DNA of 47,598 bases from Anaerolineales bacterium (GTDB taxonomy: Bacteria; Chloroflexota; Anaerolineae; Anaerolineales; Villigracilaceae). The notes under the pieces were generated by a model. That model was not told the origin of the DNA and did not search any database. It saw only the letters and a program-made list of their open reading frames with translations. The first letter of the stretch is position 1; the number at the start of each line of letters is the position of its first letter. The stretch covers positions 1 to 47,598 of the forward strand of contig JBJKOR010000567.1 of the NCBI GenBank assembly GCA_046707185.1, read 5' to 3'. The position numbers and the translations under genes were made by a program. Of the stretch, positions 37,968 through 45,407 are shown piece by piece.

Positions 37968-38375
37968 ATGAAAAAACAATTGACCGCTTTCCTGGCTGCC
38001 GTGTTCATTACCTCGTGCATTGCATTGGGCATCTTTGCCGTCAGCGGCGTGGCGTATGCCAATGCGAACGGTGTACAGGCCTCCAATACGCCGGGGCAGT
38101 CGACCAATGTCAACGCCAGCAATGCTGTCAGTCAGGTTCAGGTCCAGCAGCAACAACAGATTCAGCAATTACAGAATCTGGTGGTGCAATATCAGCAGCG
38201 CGATCAGCAATACCAACAACGTGAGCAGCAATACCAGAATCAACTGAATCAAGCAAATGCACAATTGGCCCAGGCCCAACAGCAATTGGGGCAATTTCAA
38301 ACGCTGGTGAACTTCCTGCAGCAGCGCGGCATCATTACGATCACCAGCAATGGACAGGTTTACGTCGATCGCTAG
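37968..38375 (+). CDS. secreted Gln-rich coiled-coil protein
   Basis: AAGGAGA RBS. Signal peptide MKKQLTAFLAAVFITSCIALGIFAVSGVAYA. The following ~80 aa are dominated by Q (VQVQQQQQIQQLQNLVVQYQQRDQQYQQREQQYQNQLNQ...). Confidence 0.7.
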   Translation: MKKQLTAFLAAVFITSCIALGIFAVSGVAYANANGVQASNTPGQSTNVNASNAVSQVQVQQQQQIQQLQNLVVQYQQRDQQYQQREQQYQNQLNQANAQLAQAQQQLGQFQTLVNFLQQRGIITITSNGQVYVDR

Positions 38376-38409
38376 TCACAGCTCGGCACGATGAGTTACG
38401 AGGTATCTT

Positions 38410-38715
38410 ATGAGATTCTTTAAAGCTACTTTACGGGCATTGATTATGTTGGTCAGTATGTTCAGCTTTTTAGGCGGCTGGATTTTGCTGGCGCATTCGC
38501 TGAAGCCGGTTTCAAACTCGTCTTCATCATCTTCCACTACTTCGACTTCGGTCATTGCGGTGACGCCGCTGCCAACCCTGGCCCCGCTGGCGCCTATCGG
38601 TTCGCAGCAATCCCAGATCACGCAGCCGATTCAACAGAATTCGTTCAGCTTCATTTCACCGCCGCCTCAGCCCCAGGTGCAGGCCATGCCGATGTTCTCG
38701 ACCAGCGGTTCGTAG
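38410..38715 (+). CDS. single-pass membrane ORF with Ser/Thr/Pro-rich tail (possibly the detached N-terminal anchor of ApbE)
   Basis: TM segment LIMLVSMFSFLGGWILLAH, then a low-complexity linker. Same frame as the ApbE ORF. Only TAG plus one codon separate them. Confidence 0.5.
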   Translation: MRFFKATLRALIMLVSMFSFLGGWILLAHSLKPVSNSSSSSSTTSTSVIAVTPLPTLAPLAPIGSQQSQITQPIQQNSFSFISPPPQPQVQAMPMFSTSGS

Positions 38716-38718
38716 TTC

Positions 38719-39657
38719 ATGGAATGGATCGAGTTTCGAGCGATGAACACCGATGTGCTCATCGCCGCGCAGGGCTTGTCGGCGCAGGATGGAATGCGCG
38801 CCGCACGGGAATATATCGAGGCGGGCGAACGCCGCTTCAGCAGGTTCAAGCAGGAAAGTGAACTTTCACAACTAAATCGCTCGGCAGGGCAGTGGTTCGA
38901 TGCCTCACCGGAGATGATGACCCTTTTGCAGACCGCCCGGCAATTTTTCCAGTTGACCGATGGAATCTTCGACCCGACGATTTTGCCGGATTTGATGCGC
39001 ATGGGCTATGACCGCAGCATGGACGAAATCCGAGCTGGGAATAGCGTGGTTCCAACTTCCGCGTCCGCCCGGACGCCGAAAGCGGACTTCAACGAAATGG
39101 AGCTTGATCTTAACTCGAGCCGCGTCCGTTTGCCGCAGAATATGCAATTGGATTTTGGCGGCATCGGCAAAAGCTGGATTGTGGATCATGCGGCAATCTT
39201 GTTGAGTCGTTATTCCGAGGCGTGCGCCGTCAACGCGGGCGGCGACATGCGCTTCATCGGTCGCTCACCGATTGGGCTGGGCTGGCCGGTCGGATTGGAA
39301 GATCCGCGCGACCCCGCACAGGCCCTCGCGCATATGACCATAAGTCACGGCGCAGTCGCGACTTCATCGATCACCAAACGCACATGGAGACAAGGCGACG
39401 CGATCCGTCACCATTTGATCGACCCGCGCACCGGCGCACCGGCGCAATCCGATTGGTCCTGCGTCACTGTCATTGCCGATGAGGCGGTGACAGCCGAGGT
39501 GTTTGCCAAAGCCATCTTGATCGGTGGTCCGGCGGAGGCCGGGAAATTGAGCGCCAAAACGGAACTTGTTTATCTTGTGGTGGACCGCGAGGGAGCCTTG
39601 CATGGTTCGCCCAATAGTCAGGAGTATGTCAGTGAGCACGCATTTATCCACCAATAA
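38719..39657 (+). CDS. apbE: FAD:protein FMN transferase (ApbE family)
   Basis: FRAMNTDVLIA (F.AMGT-type start) and IRHHLIDPRTGAP signature. About 310 aa. Confidence 0.9.
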   Translation: MEWIEFRAMNTDVLIAAQGLSAQDGMRAAREYIEAGERRFSRFKQESELSQLNRSAGQWFDASPEMMTLLQTARQFFQLTDGIFDPTILPDLMRMGYDRSMDEIRAGNSVVPTSASARTPKADFNEMELDLNSSRVRLPQNMQLDFGGIGKSWIVDHAAILLSRYSEACAVNAGGDMRFIGRSPIGLGWPVGLEDPRDPAQALAHMTISHGAVATSSITKRTWRQGDAIRHHLIDPRTGAPAQSDWSCVTVIADEAVTAEVFAKAILIGGPAEAGKLSAKTELVYLVVDREGALHGSPNSQEYVSEHAFIHQ

Positions 39658-40423
39658 TTCGAAATCAGAATCTGTAGTGGACAAAATCATCCGAGGGGTA
39701 TTTCTGGTTGCCTTGTTGTTTTTCTTCGGCGCTTTGATGATGGCCTTTGTGGTGGTACTTCAAACGCCGACAGGTTCGTCACTTTCGCAAGCCTTGAATT
39801 CCCTGTTTGCGCTGGATAGCGTGCAGATGTGGTGGTACGTGACGCGTGCGGCGGGGCTGACGGGATATTTTCTATTGTGGCTTTCCATGGCGTGGGGCCT
39901 GGCGATTGCGAACAAGATTTTATCGCCAGCGCTCGAAGGCTCGTTCACGTACGACTTTCACGAATTTCTCTCTCTTTTGGGAATCGGTTTTGTGTTTTTG
40001 CACGTGTTCGTTTTGTATTTCGACCGCTTCCTGCCGTTCAATGTCTTTCAAACCTTGATTCCCTTCATCGACAGCTATCGCCCGTTCTGGGTTGGGCTTG
40101 GAATCATCGGCTTTTACTTGTTCCTGTTGGTGGCGGTCACGTTCTACATGCGCAAGACACTCGGATCAAAGACCTTCCGCGCCATCCATACTTTGAGCCT
40201 GGTCGGCTACGTAGGCGCGACGCTGCACGGTTTGTACGCCGGAACCGATTCGGCGCTGTGGATGACGAAGGCGATGTACGCCCTAACCTTCATCGTGATC
40301 GTTTTCCTGACTGTTTATTGGCTGGCTATCGTCAACCTTAACAAGCGTGAGAAGGCGCAAATTGCGGCCAGGGCCGCCGCGGCGCAACGCAGAAATCAGC
40401 GGCTAAGAGCAAATCAAAGATGA
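39626..40423 (+). CDS. ferric-reductase-like (FRD/MsrQ-like) di-heme transmembrane protein
   Basis: 6 predicted TM helices. His pairs FHEFLSLLGIGFVFLH (H-x14-H) and IHTLSLVGYVGATLH (H-x12-H). Start uncertain (39566, 39626 or 39632). Confidence 0.7.
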   Translation: MSVSTHLSTNNSKSESVVDKIIRGVFLVALLFFFGALMMAFVVVLQTPTGSSLSQALNSLFALDSVQMWWYVTRAAGLTGYFLLWLSMAWGLAIANKILSPALEGSFTYDFHEFLSLLGIGFVFLHVFVLYFDRFLPFNVFQTLIPFIDSYRPFWVGLGIIGFYLFLLVAVTFYMRKTLGSKTFRAIHTLSLVGYVGATLHGLYAGTDSALWMTKAMYALTFIVIVFLTVYWLAIVNLNKREKAQIAARAAAAQRRNQRLRANQR

Positions 40424-40495
40424 TTGAATCGTCGTCGCGCTGAGCGGAGGTCGAGTATCGAGACCGGCGTCGAAGCGCCACGACTTTCCCTACGA

Positions 40496-40548
40496 GACTT
40501 CCGAGATTTTTGAAATCTCGGAAGTCTTTGTATTTCTCTTGCTTTTTT
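40496..40548 (+). terminator. rho-independent terminator of the ApbE/FRD operon
   Basis: Perfect 14-bp stem GACTTCCGAGATTT/AAATCTCGGAAGTC with a 3-nt loop, followed by a T-rich tract ending TTTTTT. Confidence 0.75.
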
Positions 40549-40749
40549 AAGCCAAACTCCCTACAATAAAGCAATCCCGCTAGCGGTGTGGATGAGTTCT
40601 GTTTTGGCTTCGGCGGGATTGAAATCCCTTCTCAGCGCATGAAAATCCCTGCGGGATTCCGATAGCCCGTGAGGGCTTCAATGAACTGAGGCAGGACTTC
40701 AGTCCGCCGGAGATCATTGACCATCTGCTGGAGCAGGGGAGGAAGAAGT

Positions 40750-42717
40750 ATGGCGAAAAAGACAAAACTACAAAACGGAAAACACAAAACGCAAGCGGAT
40801 GGAAAACGTAAAGCGCAAACAGCCAGCAATTCCATTGGAGTTGACGGGAATGTCGGCGGCTCTGTCATTCAAGGGGATAACAATACCATCATCGAGAACG
40901 CAACCTTCAATTTATCGCCAGAGAAAGTCCAACTCATAAAGCTTCGTCAACTGCCTCCCATGCCTGCGGAGTTCACCGGGCGCGAAGAGCAACTCCAACA
41001 AGTCCTGGACACATTGGCGGAACACAAAGGCGCGGCGATCAGCGGCTTGACCGGCATGGGCGGCATCGGCAAGACGGCGCTGGGATTGGTGGCAGCGTAT
41101 GAAATCGCAGGCCAGTATCCCGAGGCGCAAATCTTCCTTGACTTGAAAGGCGTGACCGAGCCGCTGACTCCAGTGGACGCGCTGCGGCAAGTGATTTTAT
41201 CCTTCGAGCCGACCGCGGATTTACGCCAGGCAAACGAAGAGCAGCTTGCAGGGTTGTATCGCAGCCTGCTGGCGGATAAAAAAGCGCTGGTATTCATGGA
41301 TAACGCGCGGGATGCGGCCCAGATTCAAGCCTTGATTCCGCCGCCATCCTGCGCCTTGATCGTGACCTCGCGCTGGCGTTTCAAAGTGGGTAACGTGGAC
41401 CCGTTGCGCCTGGATGTTTTGCCCGAAGACGAAGCCATCGACCTTTTGCATGAAATCTGCGAGCGCATTGGCGAGACGGCCAAAGACATCGCCAGGTTAT
41501 GCGCCTATCTTCCGCTGGCCTTACACATCGCCGGGACGTTTCTCGCGGAACATACCGATTGGAATCCAAACGAATACGTCGAAAGTTTGAAGGTTAAAGG
41601 TTTAAAGGTATTGAAGGATGAAGATGATCCAAAGTTAAACCTTGAATTGATTCTTGGCTATAGTTACGAGCAACTCGCTCAAGACGAGGGTAGATATTGG
41701 CGTATGTTGGCCGTCTTCCCGGCTTCCTTCAAACGCGGGGCTGCCGCGGCGGTGTGGGGACTCGAGGAAAACGCGGCGCGTGATTTGCTCAGCAAATTCA
41801 ACCGCATGAGTTTGCTGGATTACGATGAAAAGGTGGAGCGATATTCTTTGCATGATTTGCTGGTTGAGTTTGCGCGCACGAAATCGGACGATGAAGAAAC
41901 CTTCAATGCCAGCTTACGCCATGCAGGACATTACATGCAAATCTTGCAAATTGCCGATAATCTTTATTTGCAAGGCAATGAAAATATTTTGAAAGGCTTG
42001 GCGCTGTTTGATTCTGAATGGACGCATGTCCAGGCCGGGCAGAAATGGGCAATCTCGAATTCAGATGAAGTTTGCAATGAATTTCCAAATGCGGGGTCTA
42101 TGATTTTGGATCTTCGGTTAAATCCGCGGGAACGAATTGCCTGGCTTGAAGCTGGATTGACTGCGGCAAAGACTTTGAAAAATAAGCAATATCAAAGCTA
42201 TCATCTCGGCAACTTGGGAAATGCGTATTATGCCTTAGGCGATGCGCACAAAGCCATCGAGTTCTATGAGCAACAGTTGGGCATCGTTCGTGAAATCGGC
42301 GACCGGCGCGGCGAAGGAGCTGCCCTCGGCAACTTGGGGCTGGCGTATGCGGCCTTGGGCGATGCCCGCAAAGCCATCGAGTTCTATGAGCAAGCTTTAG
42401 CCATTGACCGTGAAATCGGCGACCGGCGCGGCGAAGGTGCAGACCTCGGCAACTTGGGGAATGCGTATGCGGATTTGGGCGAGGCGCACAAAGCCATCGA
42501 GTTCTATGAGCAATATTTGTCCATTGATCGTGAAATCGGCGACCGGCGCGGTGAAGGTAATGCACTTTGGGGATTGGGTATTTGCAAAAAGAATGATGGC
42601 AATACAGAAGAAGCTCGAAAGTATATCGCCAGTGCTTTGAAGATTTTTCAAGAGATTGAAAGCCCAAGCGCAGCTACGATGCAAAAAATGCTCGACGATC
42701 TTGATAAAAAGAAATAG
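40750..42717 (+). CDS. STAND NTPase: NB-ARC domain plus C-terminal TPR array (bacterial NLR-like)
   Basis: Start at ATG 40750 behind GGGGAGGAAG. FTGREEQL. Walker A GMGGIGKTALG. Walker B ALVFMDNARD. ALIVTSR motif. At least 5 TPR units at the C-terminus. Confidence 0.9.
   Translation: MAKKTKLQNGKHKTQADGKRKAQTASNSIGVDGNVGGSVIQGDNNTIIENATFNLSPEKVQLIKLRQLPPMPAEFTGREEQLQQVLDTLAEHKGAAISGLTGMGGIGKTALGLVAAYEIAGQYPEAQIFLDLKGVTEPLTPVDALRQVILSFEPTADLRQANEEQLAGLYRSLLADKKALVFMDNARDAAQIQALIPPPSCALIVTSRWRFKVGNVDPLRLDVLPEDEAIDLLHEICERIGETAKDIARLCAYLPLALHIAGTFLAEHTDWNPNEYVESLKVKGLKVLKDEDDPKLNLELILGYSYEQLAQDEGRYWRMLAVFPASFKRGAAAAVWGLEENAARDLLSKFNRMSLLDYDEKVERYSLHDLLVEFARTKSDDEETFNASLRHAGHYMQILQIADNLYLQGNENILKGLALFDSEWTHVQAGQKWAISNSDEVCNEFPNAGSMILDLRLNPRERIAWLEAGLTAAKTLKNKQYQSYHLGNLGNAYYALGDAHKAIEFYEQQLGIVREIGDRRGEGAALGNLGLAYAALGDARKAIEFYEQALAIDREIGDRRGEGADLGNLGNAYADLGEAHKAIEFYEQYLSIDREIGDRRGEGNALWGLGICKKNDGNTEEARKYIASALKIFQEIESPSAATMQKMLDDLDKKK
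42205..42564 (+). repeat. 3 x 120-bp tandem repeat inside the TPR-coding region
   Basis: Period is exactly 120 bp. The blocks AAAGCCATCGAGTTCTATGAGCAA and CGTGAAATCGGCGACCGGCGCGG are identical in all three units. Units 2 and 3 are ~84% identical by my hand count. Confidence 0.9.
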
Positions 42718-42806
42718 GGCAGGGGAGAATGAACAAGCGTGTCAAGTGTTTAGTGCCACGTGTCAGGTGTGTTGGCTACAGAGAGTTGCCCGGTCTAAGA
42801 TAAAAA

Positions 42807-42846
42807 GAAGACAGTCACTTTGCTTCCTTCGGAAGTGACTGTCTTC
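42807..42846. terminator. bidirectional hairpin terminator between convergent genes
   Basis: Perfect 14-bp stem GAAGACAGTCACTT/AAGTGACTGTCTTC with a 12-nt loop. A-run on the + side, which reads as TTTTTA after the hairpin on the - strand. Confidence 0.75.
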
Positions 42847-42886
42847 TGAATGATGAAAAAATTTCTTGCAATTTTATTCGCCGCCC

Positions 42887-43342
42887 TTAATCTCCCACTG
42901 CTTCTTGTTCTTGTTTTTTTACGATGATCGTCACGATGTGCATGCCGTCGAAGGTCGCCTTGCAGCGCCGGATCACATCCATGGCATTGAAGCCGCCGCG
43001 TTTCTGCTTCTTGACGAACATCTTTTGCTCCTCCGTTCCGTAATCGGTAAAGAAACGGTCGCCGACATTCAAGTTGCCGAAATCCACCTGCTCGACTTTG
43101 GGACGGCCCGCGCCCTGGCGTTTTCCACCCCATTTCACCGTCTTGCCCAAACGCGCCCGCTGCAAATAGCGCGTCCAGACCGCACGCGCGGTCTCACGAT
43201 GACACTTGCCGCGCTGTTCGATCTCGGCGATGTAGGCGTGGGATTCGGCTGGAGGATTCGCCGGGTCAATGTGTTCCTTTGCCACGATCTCCGCGGCAAA
43301 GGACATCAGGAATTGAGAACGTGCTTTTGTATTTTTCGCCAT
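42887..43342 (-). CDS. hypothetical protein (basic; KWGGKRQGAGRPK AT-hook-like segment)
   Basis: 151-aa ORF. It is the second gene of a - strand pair and ends at the hairpin terminator. No family recognised. Confidence 0.6.
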   Translation of the reverse strand: MAKNTKARSQFLMSFAAEIVAKEHIDPANPPAESHAYIAEIEQRGKCHRETARAVWTRYLQRARLGKTVKWGGKRQGAGRPKVEQVDFGNLNVGDRFFTDYGTEEQKMFVKKQKRGGFNAMDVIRRCKATFDGMHIVTIIVKKQEQEAVGD

Positions 43343-43467
43343 ATTAGATCGACTCCTTTACGGTTTCAAATATTTCTCTCGCACCTCGATCGCGGTGGCC
43401 TTTCGCACTGCCCATTTGCTTCATTTAGGAACCCCGCTGTGATCTAAAGCAGAAACGCCGGCCCTTA

Positions 43468-43776
43468 CTACGCCCAGCCTTTCTGCACCACGACAACGGC
43501 ATCACCGTTGTTGATGTTCCACGCACAAAATCCGTCCTTGGATTCATGAAGCCCTCTGCTGGTTTCATATTTTTGCATCGCCAGTTTCATTTCCTTGGGC
43601 ACCAGGGTGGGTTTGGCTTCCAGTTTCCCGCCTAACCCAATCAGTTCGCCTGAACCGAAGTTCATGACCCTGGGCAGACCTTCGATGCCCGACCAATTTC
43701 CGATCAATATCTGACCGTCTGAATACATCACCGCCCCCGCTTCGTGACCTGTAATAGTTTCTAAACTTGTTGACAT
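43468..43776 (-). CDS. hypothetical protein
   Basis: 102-aa ORF about 40 nt downstream of a near-consensus promoter. No family recognised. Confidence 0.6.
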   Translation of the reverse strand: MSTSLETITGHEAGAVMYSDGQILIGNWSGIEGLPRVMNFGSGELIGLGGKLEAKPTLVPKEMKLAMQKYETSRGLHESKDGFCAWNINNGDAVVVVQKGWA

Positions 43777-43824
43777 TTTTTCTCTTTAAGTTTTTAAGAT
43801 TTCCGCTTTAATGCAGTGGGCGGG

Positions 43825-43854
43825 ATTATAAATCAAGTAACTTGAATATGTCAA
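43825..43854 (-). promoter_or_regulatory. sigma70-type promoter (TTGACA-N18-TATAAT) for the - strand pair
   Basis: Read on the - strand: TTGACA (43854-43849), an 18-nt spacer, then TATAAT (43830-43825). A second TTGACA lies ~20 nt further upstream. Confidence 0.5.
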
Positions 43855-43956
43855 TAGGGATTTTCGCAATGTCAAGACAAATCTGTTTTACCGTTCGCGG
43901 ATGCTACACAGCGGTGCGTAAGCGGGTGTTTTAAAAATCAAAATTTTCGTTTCAAC

Positions 43957-44041
43957 ATGTCATTCTGAGCGACCGAAGGGAGCGAAGAATCTCACTTTTT
44001 CAGCAAAGTCCTCCTCGAACATCCCAGATTCAGAATAACAT
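43957..44041. repeat. palindromic REP/MITE-like element, copy 1 (degenerate right arm)
   Basis: Left arm is ATGTCATTCTGAGCGACCGAAGGGAGCGAAGAATCTC. Right end is TTCAGAATAACAT (11 of 12 complementary to the terminus). Confidence 0.65.
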
Positions 44042-44100
44042 GGAGGAATTTGTTAAGCTGAGTTGTTCAGTATGCTAATTGAATAGAACTCATCTCAAAA

Positions 44101-44184
44101 ATGTCACCCTGAGCGAAGCGAAGGGTCTCGGGTTCGCAAATAGGAGACTCTTCGGTCGCAAAGAGCGCTTCCTCAGAGTGACAT
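44101..44184. repeat. palindromic REP/MITE-like element, copy 2 (complete, 84 bp)
   Basis: ATGTCACCCTGAGCGAAGCGAAGGGTCTC...GAGACTCTTCGG...CCTCAGAGTGACAT. Termini and inner arms are both inverted repeats. Confidence 0.75.
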
Positions 44185-44396
44185 GGTATTTTTGAGATAG
44201 CTTCCGGATACATAATCCTGGTAGGGCAGGGGAGGCAGCTAACCGCGCAGCGTCAAAGAACATCTTCAAGGATTACCAAGCACGAAGAGCGAAGAACACG
44301 CTGAGACGCCGGGCTGCTGACCTTGCCTTGTTGTGTTCAAGTTTCCGGATGGGGCGGGGGCAACGCAGGCATCCAATCAAGTAACTGTCTCCTTTT

Positions 44397-44585
44397 ATGT
44401 CATTCTCCCGAAAGACACACTTGCACTCCCCGGCACTTGCGCCCGGGGCAAGTGCCGGGACGATGTGAGCGACCGCTTCGCCTGCGCTCAGCGCAGGCTC
44501 CGGGAGCGAAGAATCTCGAAAGTTCAAGAAAACTTTTCTATAAAAAAAACGAGATTCTTCGCCGCTTTGCGGCTCAGAATGACAT
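44397..44585. repeat. palindromic REP/MITE-like element, copy 3, interrupted by a nested GC-rich hairpin element
   Basis: ATGTCATTCT | ~57-bp insert containing CCCGGCACTTGC-GCCCGGG-GCAAGTGCCGGG (44429-44459) | GTGAGCGACCG...GCGAAGAATCTCG-(31 nt)-CGAGATTCTTCGC...GGCTCAGAATGACAT. Confidence 0.75.
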
Positions 44586-44615
44586 GTACTGGAAATGGAC
44601 TTTGAGAAAATGTAG

Positions 44616-44736
44616 GCTTTCATAAATATTGAGCCAAAGTCACGGCTAGAAGCATCCGTATTTCAAATATATTGAGCCGGTTATTTCACAAATATTGAGC
44701 CGAAGCTGATTTTATTATGGGATATATTGAGCCAAA
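44616..44736 (+). repeat. four iteron-like direct repeats, core ATATTGAGCC
   Basis: Cores at 44626, 44669, 44692 and 44724. Extended consensus in copies 1-3 is TTTCA(N1-3)AATATTGAGCC(A/G)AAG. Confidence 0.7.
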
Positions 44737-44909
44737 GCAATATACTGCTCACCAAGGTACTGCGTATAGTCATTATAATACAAACACCCATTCTTCAACC
44801 AAACAAGAAAAGCTCCCCACCAGCTGTAAACCAAAATTTCACGTTTCATTGTGCGAAGTCAAAGTGGTTTACCTCTTAGCTACCCACATTCACATAGAAG
44901 CAGTCAGAT

Positions 44910-45176
44910 TTAAGCGTTAATCGTTTCGGCGATCTTTCGAGCAACCTGTTCTGAATGGACTTGGATTTGCTCTTTGGGAAGTTCATCCACCCTGAAGAAA
45001 TCTCCTTCCAACTCATAGAGGCTGTCCGTCACAATCCACTCCGGTTTGAGATCATTCAGAACCACCTGTGTCATCAGAGTCGCAACAACGCGTTGGGCAT
45101 TTCTAACGAGGCTCCTCTGGCCTGTGTCTTTCGTGAACGTTTCCCCCAGGCAGATGCAAACCGTCTTTTCGGGCAT
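44910..45176 (-). CDS. hypothetical protein
   Basis: 88-aa ORF with no recognised motif. Isolated between the repeat region and arsC. Confidence 0.4.
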   Translation of the reverse strand: MPEKTVCICLGETFTKDTGQRSLVRNAQRVVATLMTQVVLNDLKPEWIVTDSLYELEGDFFRVDELPKEQIQVHSEQVARKIAETINA

Positions 45177-45407
45177 GAGATGATGGCAAATCCGATTCGC
45201 AGGAGAGTTTGGCAGCCAAAAGCCCGAACCAATGTAACGTTGGTCGGTGTACTTTATTACTTGAATTTGGATTCAATATGAATTACCGATTCCTCTCGCG
45301 ATTCGAAACAGCAAGCCGGACTCTTTACACCAGCATAACCTGCCTTTAACTGCTTGTTAACTGTTTCAGATTAAGATATAGTGGAAAAGTCCATTTCGGA
45401 GAGACCA

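Noticed and set aside
38695-38715. C-terminal FSTSGS of the small ORF as an ApbE flavinylation site
   Set aside because: It resembles [ST]G[AS][ST] only loosely, it sits at the extreme C-terminus, and it lies in a low-complexity tail without an FMN_bind fold. I kept it only as a remark.
40615-40658. GGGATT-GA-AATCCC and AATCCC-TGC-GGGATT mini-hairpins that looked CRISPR-repeat-like
   Set aside because: There are only two 6-bp stems, with no repeat-spacer periodicity and no cas genes. At most this is a small regulatory element upstream of the NLR gene.
44273-44625. ORFs of 90-116 aa across the palindromic repeat cluster
   Set aside because: They are built from the repeat arms (the same sequence is read in both directions), so they are characteristic spurious calls.
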